Of a stretch of 64,000 nucleotides of DNA, positions 41,616 to 54,545 are shown piece by piece. Under the pieces are notes generated by a model, which saw nothing but the letters and a program-made list of their open reading frames with translations, was not told where the DNA came from and did no database searches. The position numbers and the translations under genes are program-made. Origin of the DNA: Lama guanicoe. Lineage: Eukaryota. Every line of letters begins with the position of its first letter. Position 1 is the first letter of the stretch. The stretch covers positions 11,522,873-11,586,872 of the forward strand of contig MU053881.1 of assembly GCA_013239625.1 (NCBI GenBank). The letters are read 5' to 3'.

Positions 41616-43807
41616 GTTGATCGGACGACCGACTTCGTGTACCTATGACTATATTCTTATTTTATAAATTAGGAAACTGGACTTGGAATGTGTGCATTTC
41701 ATGAGGTCATAAAGTGGGTGTGTACTGACCTTAAGCTTCATTTTTAAATCTATTCATGCTTATCCATTAGAAATATCTAACCACTTAACCCCATTACCCT
41801 CTTATTTCAAAGGAGACTGTCATTATATTGAGTTAATTTTTACATTTCCTGTGCTCCTCTCCCACAAGTGAGAAATAATTAGAAAACTTATTATTTAACA
41901 TTTAAAAAATTAAAACATTTTAGTCTTACTTCCAGAAAATAATGGTAAAGTTTACTTAGATCATTGTTTCATAGTCTCTGTTTGAATGATTATTGCAAAA
42001 TATTCAAACAGTACAGAAGTTACTGCCTAGCATTTGGATATAGGTTTGTAGGTTTTTGAATAATTTATTTAAAATTTAACTTTAAACACTCACTCCAGTG
42101 ATTGTCAGTTTAAAAAGTAATTACTTGTAATTTTGCCATGTTTCTGCAGCATGAAAAATGTTTTTCCAACCATCCTAACTTTTGTTTTATGTCTACCTCT
42201 GGATGGATAGAATAGACAGGACTAAACACATTACACCAGTGTGCTCTGAAAGCATTCTTATTGAAGTTGAAGCTTTTTAAGGAGTTCAAAAAAATGAAAG
42301 TAATGGGCTTTGTCATGCCACCAGAAACAAAGTGGTTTTAGTTCTTAAAGAACTGCTTAGAACAACATGGCAAGCAGTACAATCAAATTATTTTGTCTGC
42401 TTGTCTAACATGAAGGCAACATTATCAACTGACATCCTGCAGCTCTGAGATAAGACTCTGGAGAAAGGCCTGGGAAAACTGTGTTTATCTTGCAGGAGAC
42501 AATGATTAGGTAATTTGGACATTTCATATTTAATAAAAACTATTTAAATCAGAAACCATCAGACCTGCACTGATGGGACTTACATTTATATTGTACCCTC
42601 TGTCTGTCTCCAAAAAGTGATTGAATCCTTTTCATTTTTAAGAAGTACTCTCTAAAATGAAGGAAGCGTGTTAAATGCTTGGAATTACTTTTAAATTAAA
42701 CCATACAGCTGACATGAATAAAAGGAGACCTCCTGAAGTGCTCTGTAATGATAGGGAGAGCAACCAGCGAGCACAATACTTGACTTGTTTTTCCACAGTA
42801 GGTTTGATCTGTGCTGCACTGAAAATATTGAAAATGATTTCTAGTCCTCACTGATATCACAAATCATAACTTGCATAAAGCCATAGGAGTAATCAAAGAT
42901 CCATTTGCTTGGTGATTCATATGTGCATGTGCCCAGACAGGAAATGCTCACTGTTTTGTAATCAGGCCCACAAACATTCTTCATTCCTCTCCCATTTTAT
43001 TAAAGCTGTGAAAAGGAGGAAAAAAGAGGATCAAATGCAAAAAAAAAAAAATGAGGTTAGAAAGCAAAGCAGCCTCACTTTTTAAAGCCCAAAATTTACT
43101 TGCTATATAGATTCCATTTTCAAGTGATCTGTATTTCATAAGGTAATCATAGAAATTGCTTTTCTCACAGCGAAGGGCTTTTTGAATCTTCAAATCAAAA
43201 TGTAAAATGCACAACTTTGAACTCGTATGCTGAATAAATCATGATAATTAAGATCTCATTCTTCAAGAAATTACATTATACAGGTGAATAGGCACTAAGG
43301 AAAACTGTTTTCACTCTTTCTAATAAGACAGATTCACTTCATCTCTGATTTAGTTATACACTGAAATAGTGTTTGTGTGTATGTGTTTGTGTGTGTACAT
43401 ATATGAACTCCAAAACATTTGAGAATAAAATAGTTCCTCCGGGCAGGAGAGACATTTGCCCAATATGAGTTTTATGCAAAAGAGCCCTATGACTTTATTA
43501 AGGATTTTAACTTCAATTTAGGAGTTTTCTATGAGAATTTTTTTAGTGTAACATTCTAACTGAATATATAAGAGCAATTACTGATGGTCCTGAGGCAGAA
43601 AAAAAAATACATAAAATTCAGCTTCAGCTTTTTACATAATTATGTGTTGGTCCAGGTTTTGTCTGTTTTGGATGTGTAATCTTGCTTAAATTACATTTCT
43701 GTTATTTCTATTTTTCCATCATTCCTTCCCTGGTTTAGTGAGAAGAAACATCCAAAGGAGGAGGGCCAGGAAGAATTACAAAGTCAATGACAACCAGAAT
43801 CCAACAT

Positions 43808-44120
43808 TGTGAAAAAGTAAGCAGAAACCTCAATTAAATAGAGTCAAGAGACCAGTAGGGGGAGCTCCCACGCTCTGTAACTATACCCCCAACAGGAAGA
43901 AGAAACTCCTCTTCTTTCCTGGCAAGGACTCAGCCATTGAAGAGCCATGGACTCCTTGCTTACTTTGGACTCCAGCTTCCTCTTCCTCTCAATAGAAGTG
44001 TTCTCCTTCCTTGCCATACACGCCCTTGCACGTGGCTCACTCTGGTGGCAGACCCCAAACTGCAGTTCTCTGCATCTTTGCTGAAGAAATATCTGGCAGT
44101 CTATTTGTTTCAAGTAAACA
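43808..44120 (+). mobile_element. Probable solo ERV LTR (cetartiodactyl ERV1-like)
   Basis: TG...CA bounded ~310 bp GC-richer block; 3' end catctttgctgaagaaatatctggcagtctatttgtttcaagtaaaca resembles recalled artiodactyl LTR ends; no clear TSD. Confidence 0.65.
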
Positions 44121-44697
44121 TTATAAGGGAAAAAGCTACACAAAAGAGCACTTTACATCATATTGATAGAGATAGCTAGCTAGGTAGCTGGATAGGATAG
44201 GCATCAGCTAGGAAAGCAGGAAAGAGAAGAGGATAGTGGAGGAGAGGGAGCTGTGAATTACCAGTACTTCCTCCTAGGAGAGAAAAGAGTACTTTTTAAC
44301 TCTTGCAAATATATATTTAATGATCACTCTTAAAACATTTCGATAGCTTTTTATCATTTTCATTGCAGTTTTCAGCTCCTTTTGAGAAACTGACAACGTC
44401 AGTATTACATTCCATCGGCCCGTATGTGCTGCAGCTGTTGGGTTTCCCCCAAATGTGAGTAGGATTATTTAGAGGACAACATTACAGAACAGTACTTAAC
44501 AATAAGAAAAAGGGCATCCAAATGATGATTTGAGCAAGAGCCTAAAGAATGAAGGTGCTATGATAAAGGATTGGTGGTAAACATGGAATGATTTCATCAG
44601 ATAATTAAGCCTCTCAAATGTTTTATCATAATTAGAACAAAAATAGAACAAAAATGATTTAAACCTTATCAATTGTTAATATAATAATAAAAGAGTA

Positions 44698-44861
44698 GGG
44701 AAAGGGTATAGCTCAGAGGTAGAGTGTGTGCTTAACATGTGTAAAATCCTGTGTTCAATCCCCAGTATCTCCACTAAAACAATGAAATAAAAAATTAATT
44801 AAAAGATACATAAAGAAACCTATTTACCTCCCCCCCAAAAAAACAAAAACAAAACCAAAAA
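44698..44861 (+). mobile_element. Vic-1-type tRNA-Ala-derived SINE with 17-bp TSD
   Basis: gggtatagctcagaggtagag...gtgttcaatccccagtatctcca, then aaacctatttacctccccccc and an A-rich tail; TSD ataataataaaagagta at 44681-44697 and 44862-44878. Confidence 0.92.
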
Positions 44862-45141
44862 ATAATAATAAAAGAGTAGGCTATGGATGGAGGAGAGCTA
44901 GGAATAAGTATAAGAATGCCATGACACTCATCTTTCACTTTAGGGAGTCATAAATCTTATCCACGTTGAGAACTGCAGTTAAACATTACTTAGTTCTTTT
45001 TAATATTTTATATTTCTAGTCTGAGGATGATACTTTATGTATTGATACAGCTTATTTGAGGGGAAAAATACATTTATCTGCACTGTAACAATTCCTTCAA
45101 TTTCTCCTCAAATTCTGTAACTTCTCTCTTTTTCATATTCA

Positions 45142-45304
45142 TGTGGAGTTGATTTACAATGTTGTATTAATTTCTGGTGTACAACACAGTTTCAATTATA
45201 CATATATACATATATTTTTTCAATTATACACATATACATATATTTTTTCGTATGCTTTTTCATTATAGATTATTACAAGATACTGAATGTAGTTCCTGTG
45301 CTAT
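45142..45304 (-). mobile_element. Cetartiodactyl-type L1 3' fragment
   Basis: agttgatttacaatgttgtattaatttctggtgtacaac...tattacaagatactgaatgtagttcctgtgctat; similar to the 28229-28375 copy; contains a 28-bp tandem duplication at 45191-45246. Confidence 0.8.
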
Positions 45305-45594
45305 TCTTCTCTTTGATTCAAGTACAATAACATTAAATATGTAGTATCATTCTACTTTACTAGAATTGTTCTTCCCTAGCTACTTCTCCTTTAGCTATAT
45401 ATATTCTGAGAGAGACTCTGGAAATGATATTTCCCTCACCTTGACAATGGTTCTCTGTGACTGGATACTTCAGGACATTTTCTTTCTTCTTGCATGTTTT
45501 TTTCCCCTTTTTGCATTGCTTTAACATTGCAGGCAAAAATAATTTTTGAAAGCAGTCTTTTTTAAAAAAAATCAATTATTTTGAAAACCTAAAA

Positions 45595-46310
45595 TAATTA
45601 ATCCATATTGTTTGCATATAGATAATGTTCATTCATTGTAATTGCTATTCATCATACATGAATATTGCACAATTTGTTTATCCATTCTACTGTTGAGGCG
45701 CATTTTTGTTCTTTCAAGTTTTGGGATGTTATGAATAAAGCTGCCTCAAATATTCTTGTATATGAATATACCCATGTCTTTCTCTACTCTGTATATTTCT
45801 CTTATATCTATAGGGATTAAGTATTGAGCTATGCATTTATTTAACTTTACGAGACAACTCAACATTTTTCCCAAATTATATTAACTTACAGTCAACAGCA
45901 ATATATGGGAGGTGGCATTGATCGACATCCTTACCAATACTTGCTATTATGTGATTTTCCCCTCCCCTTCCTTTATCCTTCTCCTCTCCTCTCTCTTTTC
46001 TCCCTTTCTTCCTCTCTCCCATCAGACTAGTGAACAAACCAAAACAAAAAATAAAGTTAAAATATAAGCAAAAAACTGCAGTGCCACCTAAATTAAATAT
46101 TGAGGGTCCCTATGTGTTTGGATCTGCTTCTGAACTCTCTATCATTTTTCCATCATACTATTTACTTTTATACCAATTATCCTAATTATTAAAACATTAC
46201 AATAATCTCTGTTTTTTTTGATAAACTAAGTGTGTCAAACTTCTCTGCCTTCAGAACATCTTGAGTCTTTGCATCCCTATAAAATTTTAGAACCAGCTTC
46301 TCAGGACCCT
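45595..46310 (-). mobile_element. Ancient L1 (L1MC/L1ME-like) 3' region, fragmented
   Basis: cacaatttgtttatccattctactgttga...ttatgaataaagctgc...catccttaccaatacttg; tggatctgcttctgaactctctat; aaattttagaaccagcttctca. Confidence 0.75.
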
Positions 46311-49300
46311 TTTACATTTCTTTCAATATTGTTCTATAATGTTGTCATTTTACTTTAAATTTTTGTTTCATGTTAATCAAGAATTATCTAGGCCTATGAG
46401 CTGTTTGGTTGTTTTCTTTCTCATCCTTGTTAATATTAAAATATTTAAAACATATTAGAGTGACACATGACAAAAACTTAAATTACAAACACTTAGAAAA
46501 CTATACTTAATTTTTATTGTAAAACATACTTAATTTCTATTTTCATCACAGCAAAAAAACAAAATCACCCACTAAACTAAAAATTAAATGTGCACTTTAC
46601 ATATCTATTTTTCCTTTTCTTTCTTTGAAGATGCAACTTATGTCTCTGGACACATTACCCATTAGTACCACAATGGCTTGAATACTTCATTATTTCTATT
46701 AACCCACAATCTCTTCTTCCTAGAATCACTACTTTCTCTACTTTTTCCTTTAGAAAGGTCTCATAGATATCAATGTTTTATTTATAGTTTGCTTAGTCTT
46801 TCTGTTTTCCTTAACCTTTAAAGGAATGAGATTCAAAAATTTATTGGAGAGCCTCTTTCTGTACTAATTCATGTTCTTCCTCATCTAAACCACTATTAGA
46901 TTTTAAAATGCTCCAAAAAATTTCACTCCATACCACAGCATCATATTCAGTTGCATTTTATAATCATCTAACCACACAAACTGATAAAACTCATCATTCC
47001 TAAAAATAATAGTACCTAAAAAATATTTTCTGTCTGCAGTGCACTTACTGGACACTTACTATTTATATAATTGCCATATAAAAAATATGTATATATATAT
47101 ATTAGACTAATCATCTCAAGTGATCAGCATACTTTGTAGTATATGCAAACCATAGAAACAGTACCAGGATATTTACAACTGAAAGGAAAATCCCTTCCTC
47201 ATCCAGTGTTTCATGCATTCCTTTTCCTAGATGCCATTACTGTCAGCAGTTTGGTGGGCAGTCTCCCATTCACAAAGGTTTATACATGAAATATTATATA
47301 TATAAAATACTTCAAACAAAATCAAATGTATATAGATTACTGTGTATTATAGATATGGAGCTTGGCTATTTTTTTGCTTGTTTTTTCTTTTTTGGAAAGT
47401 ATGGTTGTGGTTTCTATATTTTTTTAAATTGCAACACCACTGGAAAAAATATGCTCTAGTAGTATACTTAAAATATTACCTTTATATCCTTTTATTTAGG
47501 ATGTCAATTGTGGTCTCCCCAAGGAAATAAGGTTTGTAATGAATAATTTCAGTCTCTATATCTAAAATAAGAGGATTTACAGAAATGTTTTCACATAGTC
47601 AGTTTCTTATGATTAATCTCTCTTATTCTCATCTTTCTCTTTCTTAAGCAGTATGTTAACTGGAAGTTGGCATGCATTCAAAAAAAGCAAGTAAGACATT
47701 TTTATGCTATAATGTTTAAAAGGTTAAATATATCATCTAGCAAACTTGTTTCATGTATTTAACCCAATTTTTCTTTCACTAATAAGTTGATGAAATCTGT
47801 TTGGCAGAGAAATCTGAAACTTAACTATAATGATTTTTTTCTTGTCTCTTCTCATTGTTAAAAACTACAGAGGACAGAGTTACTTGAACTTTCCAAGTAT
47901 GAAGAAATGATTGTTTCTAATCCTAGTCAAGCTTCTACTGCTGTTGAAAAAAAAAAAAAAAGACGACTGCAGCTTAGATATAACTCTGACAGTCTTTGCT
48001 AGTTAAAATTGAAACTCTCGGAGCATGACCTGTCATCTCTCTCTCTCTCTGTCATGAATCTTTGCTATTACTAATTTTCTGCAAGCATTATAGTGACCTT
48101 AGGGCTGATTAATTAGCTGTTGGTTTATGTATTTTACAACATTAATTGTGAAAGCCCTCACTGTTACTTCATGGTTTGATTAACCTTGTTAGTATGTAGA
48201 ATTAGAAATGGAGAAGCCTCGTTAGATTGTCTCTCTGACATTTTGAAAGGATTTTAACTTATTAGCTGCAACACAGTACCTCTGTCCTGTGTTTAGAAGC
48301 TTAGTATACACCTCATATCATCAAATATTGGTCTATACTTTGATTATCACTTCTTTTTGATGGCTGTTGCTCCCCTCCCCTCTCCCAGGTAATTTTCCCT
48401 TGTTTTTACCACAAATTTTCTTCCACATTGGTTGTGATTTTTTTTAAACAAGTTTTAAAGTCTGAATTGAGTCACCTTAAAAATTTAGGCTTTAAAAGAG
48501 GCTAAATCCAGGGTCTATCTTAGCCTATTCTCTGAGAAACTACATATTTTGAGACTAAAACGTTCCAAACAGAATAAACCAGGTTATTTCAATGGCTAAA
48601 TAATTTCCTACTTGTTAAACATCTTTGATAATTTCATGAATTGTCTCAAGCCACACAAATGGCTATTTATTTATAAATGCCTCTCTCATCACAGTGCTTA
48701 CAATAGAAAAATTAACATCTAAAATAACTTAAAATAACGAAGGTGTAACTGGACTACAAAAAGAAAATGACTCAAGAAAAGATTGTGTAACTTCCTTCTC
48801 AACTTCTTCTGGGATCTCATTTATTACTCTTGACTAGGCTACAGAAAAGTCAAATACTTAATTACCCATAATAGACATAAAAGACAGTGGTCTCATTTAT
48901 CCAAATTAAAAAAAAAAAAGAAAGAGAAAAAAGTATTCCATGAGATCACATACTAAGACACTTGGTGATTAATGTTCTCCTAGCTCATAAGAGCTCACAA
49001 ATAGAATATATTTGCTTAAAGGTCTAATTAAAAGAATGTAAAATATTCTCAGGTCAGAATTAACATTTAAGATTTTAATGAGATTTTTCACTTAATAAAT
49101 ACGTGTTGATTGATCAAGGCTTCTTTTTCTTTCTAGACTTAAAAAGAAAGTCAAGATTGATCTTGTCGTTTGTTTTTCAGCCCTTACATTGCTTCCCTTT
49201 ACTTTGATTTCTACCCCTAACCTGACTAGCAACACATGAAAGTAACATGAGACCTCTGTGTAGTTGAGCGGAGATGCTGTGCCCATATTTTATGCGAGAA

Positions 49301-51559
49301 GCAAGATGCCAGGATATTGAATGGATTAAGGTATGGCTGGTGCCGTTTCCATCACTGTACTTAAACCTTACATCATATAATGTAATGTTAGCTAGTGCTC
49401 GTGAATTGTTTTCACTTTTATGTATGGAATGTATGTGTGTATAAGTATGTGGGGTGCACATGTGTGTTTGTGAGTGTGTATTCTCAGTAAGCAAGTTCAC
49501 TTCTTGATGGTCTAGGTAAGGGCTACTTTGCACCCTAAAGCTCTTTCTTATGCCCTTTTCCTTAACACAAGCCTAACATTTTGTGATACTCTTTCTCCAT
49601 TGCTTTTTCAGTTTTCTTTCTGATCTTGATTGTGAAGAGAAGCTTCTTTCATCTTGTCACCCTTTCACAATATGATCGCTCTCTTCCCCACTACGAACCG
49701 CCTTCAAAAAGACCCCACAGCACCTTAACTTCTAATCTCTCCTTGCTCATGTCCCAGTCAGGGGGGTGGCTTTATGTCTCATTCTGGTGAAAGCAAAGAA
49801 ATGACAATGCAGTTTCTCTGCATTAGGGTAATCATTGTAGCCTAAATGATTGCTTTGGTTTAAACTAAATATTCAATTTTTTTTAAAAAAACTTCCATGA
49901 TTTCTAACTAGAAACTATTAATGTACTTGCTCTTATTTTTACATCTTCACCAAACAGTTACTAACCCCAACAATGTACCAAGCACAGTGCTGAGTGCCAG
50001 AAGAAGAAAAAATACATAGTGACAAAGAGATGCCATTTATATCTTAAATGAATGTAGGCCACATGCTTTAAGTTTGTAAAAGATATTCTCCAAGCGTGGG
50101 GATGGTTTTCTGAAGAGCTCCCCTCTCCCCATACTCAATGTTTCATTGTTCTCAGTATTGAAAAAGGATATTTTAGGAAATAGCATATAATTAATTGACC
50201 TATATGTTACAGATAAAAATTACTTATTTTTCAAAATAATTGAGATTCTTTTTCTGTTATTTGAAGACTGTCCATTTCATTTAAATTAATGTTTTAGAAA
50301 TAGCAGTACTTGAGGTAATAGAATGAATAGCCTAATGAAAAATCGTTTTCTTTTGGAAAGTTTTCTAATACTAAAGTTTCTAACTTTGTTTTGTGGGATA
50401 ATTTTTACTCTTACTCTTATTTTGCTTGGGGAAATGATTTTTGTCCCTGTCACATGAATTGGAAAACTTGAAAACTTTGATACTATATATAAAAGTTTAT
50501 AACTTAATGATATAGCCTTTATGCTTAAATTCAAACAAATAGGGAAATTTTTTTATAAGTTGTCATTTGGATTAGTTCCAAACCCTCCTGACTTTCTGTG
50601 TGTATTTCTGCAAAGGTCAACTCTTACCAGGAAATGATTTAATATAGATGAAACTTGTTAGCACCAACATCATAAAATAAACTTTCTCAAGCCATAATTA
50701 GCTACAGCTAAAACCAAGAAAGCAAAAATTATAATACCATTTTTAATAACAGCAAATTTTACTTGACCTTAGTTTCTAATGTTCATTAAACAGAAAAGTA
50801 AGAACTACTTCATGTTCATCTAATACATACACTTTAGGTATCCAGGCAAATATTATCATCTTAGAGGAATTAATCAGAATATTTTAATTTTCCCAACACT
50901 TTAACATTTTTATCAGTTTGAAGATTCTATGCTGAATTGCGCTTGTCTCTTAGCAAAGGGCTCATCACGTCAATGAAGATTTCTATAATTTACAGATTTG
51001 TGTACCAGATTCTGTCCATCTCAGAGCCTCAGTCATGAGCACTTTCCTCACACGTTCCTAAGGATTTATCATCCTTTTTTTTTTTTTTGAGTCATCTTGT
51101 GAGACTAGATGCTAAAAAGAAGGCCTGACAGTATATAAGTTTTATGTGCTTTCAATTATTCAGCTGTCTGTCATTTTACGTGGAGTATGGATAACCCAAA
51201 TCAAATGAAATGCAATAATAAGTACCAGCAAGTAAGTCCACTCCCATGATAGGCTCAGAATAGAAAAGAGTGTTGGGAGCATGCTAGTTGGTAAGAGAGC
51301 CACACTAACTTCTAATCTTAGGATCTAGTGTTTTCAAATGGAGCTGTACAGTAACAAACACTACTAACCACATTTCCACGCCTGCTGTTATCTCTGCAAT
51401 GGGGGGTTCTGAAGCCTGGGGATGTTTCTAGCAGTCTTGAGAATAATTAAATGACACTTCAAAATTATTTGATTCTACTACAAAATTATGGAATAACACA
51501 GGAAGCAGGGTTTTGGTGATGCCATTATTTTGAGGAAGGAAGAGTTCTTTCCTCCTTTT

Positions 51560-52222
51560 CAAAGCACTGACCGCCTGATTCTGCCTTTCCAGCTCTTCCA
51601 TCTTTCCCTTCACAAGTTCAACTGCTTGTGCCAAGGTTCTGCTGTCATAATTTCTCAAGGCTCTATCCTAATCCATTTCTTGTTTTCATTCTATATTTGC
51701 TCCCTAATAATTTAATCCACACCCATGCCTCCAAGTGTTTTCTATACACATCTCCCCAGAGCTTTAGATTCATAGTACCCTAATTCCTTGAAATATTTGT
51801 AAATGTCATAATTGCATCTCCAGTCCAATATATCTAAAACTGAACCCATAGTCTCCAGAAATCTTTAATAAATGCTGTTTTATTTTCCTCCTGGAATTCT
51901 ATTTCCTCTCATCTTTCCCTACTTATCTCCTGCATATTCTTTAACCTCTTCAGTTTCCAGATCTTCCTAACAAGATCAAATTCTCTTAAATTCTCATTGG
52001 ACTCTCAACCTTCCCTTCACATGCTCCATCAAAATTATAATTTAAATGAAATAACTACACACTAAGAAATGTAACACTGGGCTCTACTACTTCAGTGTCA
52101 ATACCAGGGGCACTGAAACTGTGTCTGTAAGTGCTCACCATTGTATTGCCTATGTCCAGCATAGTGCTAGACCACAGGAAATTTCTCAAAAATATTTGTA
52201 GACAAAATGAGAATGAATGAAT
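51560..52222 (+). mobile_element. L2 with 3' terminus
   Basis: caaggctctatcctaatcc...atatatctaaaactgaac...cagcatagtgc...aaatatttgtag...aatgaatgaat terminal repeat. Confidence 0.7.
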
Positions 52223-53186
52223 AGACAGAACTGCTGTTAAAATTCAACTAAAAGGAGAGCAAAACCTGTACTGAATACCATTTTAACTAGAAGACATGAT
52301 AAATGTGAAAATCAGGTGATTTACCTGCCCCAAAATTGTTTATTTTCACTCATCATATTGTCAAACTCTTCAGAAAGTTTATGGAGAAATTCAAAATAGT
52401 CACTTCCTCTTTGGGGTGTGAAATGACTTGGAAATTAATAATTTCACCTGAATAGTGACTAAGCTATCATAAGAAAGTAAAATTGATAATTTTATTTTGT
52501 TTCCAAATTTCCAGGGATGATTTCTGTTACACAAATGTCAAGATGCTGTTACATAGGACAATATGTCTGATGAATATTAATCAACATGGAGAGACAAGTA
52601 TAATAGTTTCAGCTAATTAATAGCAATAATCTAGTGGCTATGGATGTTATAATTCAATGAAGCTACATGCACTTTTGAGCTTTCTACCTTAGACGTTCTA
52701 GGTATAATGACATACTTTATGTCTTCAGCATAGTTCCTATATAAACTACAAATGGATGAGATGTATGGGAAACATCTTGAGTATGTAACATTCTTAGTCT
52801 GAAAATAACTGAAATTATATCTCATGGCTTAGTGATTCTATAGTCCTCATTATCCCTTCCATAAATAAATGAAAATTTTGCACTAGCAAGACAGAAATAC
52901 TTATCTAAAATGGCCACAGATCCCAGAATTTCTGGGGCAGTCATATTTGCCAATACTCAACTACTTGTTATATCACATGACCTGACTTCTCATTAAGAGA
53001 ACACAGTCACCCTTTATGAAATAGCATTAAAGACAGAAAACAACTAGCGCATCCAAAGTGGACTTCTTTATAAGTTTGGTATTTAACAAAAGTAATAAAG
53101 ATGAATTAATTCATTATTTAGAAGATGGTTTAGTTTTAGGCTACCTTTCCATACCAATATTTGACTTGTAATATCAGAATGAAGTT

Positions 53187-53522
53187 CTAATCTACACATC
53201 TACAGTCAATTAATCTCTGATAAAGGAGGTGAGAATATACAATGGAGAAAAGACAGTCTTTGGCAAGTGAATATTCCTTCACACCATACACAAAAATAAA
53301 GTCAAAATGGCTGGAAGACTTAAACATAACCCAGAACGCCATAAATCTCATAAAAGTGGACATAGGCAAAACATTCTCTGACATAAGTCATAGCAACGTT
53401 TCCCTGGATCTGTCTACCAAGGCAACAGAAATAAAAGCAAAAATAAACAAATAGGACCTAATTAAATGTATAAGCTCTTACACAGCAAAGGAAACCATAA
53501 ACAAAAGAAAAAGGCAATTATT
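53187..53522 (+). mobile_element. Internal L1 ORF2 fragment (younger, cetartiodactyl-type)
   Basis: ORF 53242-53454 includes TPYTKIKSKWLEDLNI...IGKTFSDI...ATEIKAKINK, an L1 ORF2 post-RT region. Confidence 0.88.
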
Positions 53523-53534
53523 GAAAAGAGACAC

Positions 53535-54545
53535 ACACACAGAAGTTCTAATACATACATAATTAGGAATCCTTGAGGAATAAAACTAAAGCCAGCAACT
53601 AGAATGCGTACCGAAAAACTGTAATTCAAGAAAAAACTCCTCCCCCCAAAATAATGAAACTACATATTGAAAGCAGATACCATATGCCTGTTGATTTTGA
53701 CCCACAGCAATAAACACCAAGATATATTCTAGTAAAATTAGTAAACTTTAAAGAAATTTTTTTTAAAAAAAGCTTTAGTGCATCAGACAAAAAAGAGAAA
53801 TTAAATTATCACAAGACTTTTCATAGTGACACTTTTTATGACAGAAGAAAATGGTGCTATATATAAAAGGTATTCTAGGAAAGAAAACATAAACAAAGAA
53901 TTTTATATCCAGCAAAACTCATTTTCAAGTATAAAAGGCATGGTAAACTATTAACATGCAAAAACTTAGGGAATTTTGGTTTTAAGACTGTGTCCTTAGG
54001 AATTTACCAGAGAGTAAGTTTCAGACAACCACCATTGACTAGAAAGTCACCAACATAAAGATTGATAGTGAGCATTAAATATATAATTACTTCTGAAGCC
54101 AAAACTAAATGACAGTTTGACTCGAGTGAGTATAATACATAATGGCCATATGCTCTAACAATGTAGATAGGGAGAAAGAATATGCATAAAAGTGTAAGCC
54201 ATTTTCATTCATTTTATTGGTGGTTATAATGTTAGTATTGTAATGGTGTTGTAATCCCAATGGTTGGTTTCTTTAACAGACAAATTACATGGCAGAAAAG
54301 GAAGGTGAAGCTGAAACTGTAGAATTCCTTTGGATTTCAATTTTTTTTAAATAAGCGACTATTAATATCTAGAGATGTACACTGGATAATAAATATAAGG
54401 AAGTGATTACCATAAAACTCTGGATAGCAGTTGTTTTTGTTAAGGAGACACAAGGAGGGGCTTCTAAGGTGGTTGGCAAGGTTCTATTCTTGACCCAAGT
54501 GTCTGCCTTATAATAATTCAATTTATATAACCATATAAAATTAGT
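53535..54545 (+). mobile_element. Ancient L1MC/HAL1-like element: decayed ORF1 plus 3' UTR
   Basis: acaccaagatatattctagtaaaatta; aagaattttatatccagcaaaactc (RILYPAKL ORF1 motif); 3' motif aaggaagtgattaccataaaa...gcaaggttctattcttgacc. Confidence 0.72.

Noticed and set aside
44698..44773. Functional tRNA-Ala gene (also 35908-35982 and 40574-40640)
   Set aside because: Stem mismatches, SINE tails and, for two of the three copies, TSDs indicate retroposed SINE copies.
49165..49335. Plus-strand acceptor (gtttttcag) and donor (aag/gtatgg) pair
   Set aside because: Stops in all three frames; such pairs arise by chance without transcript evidence.
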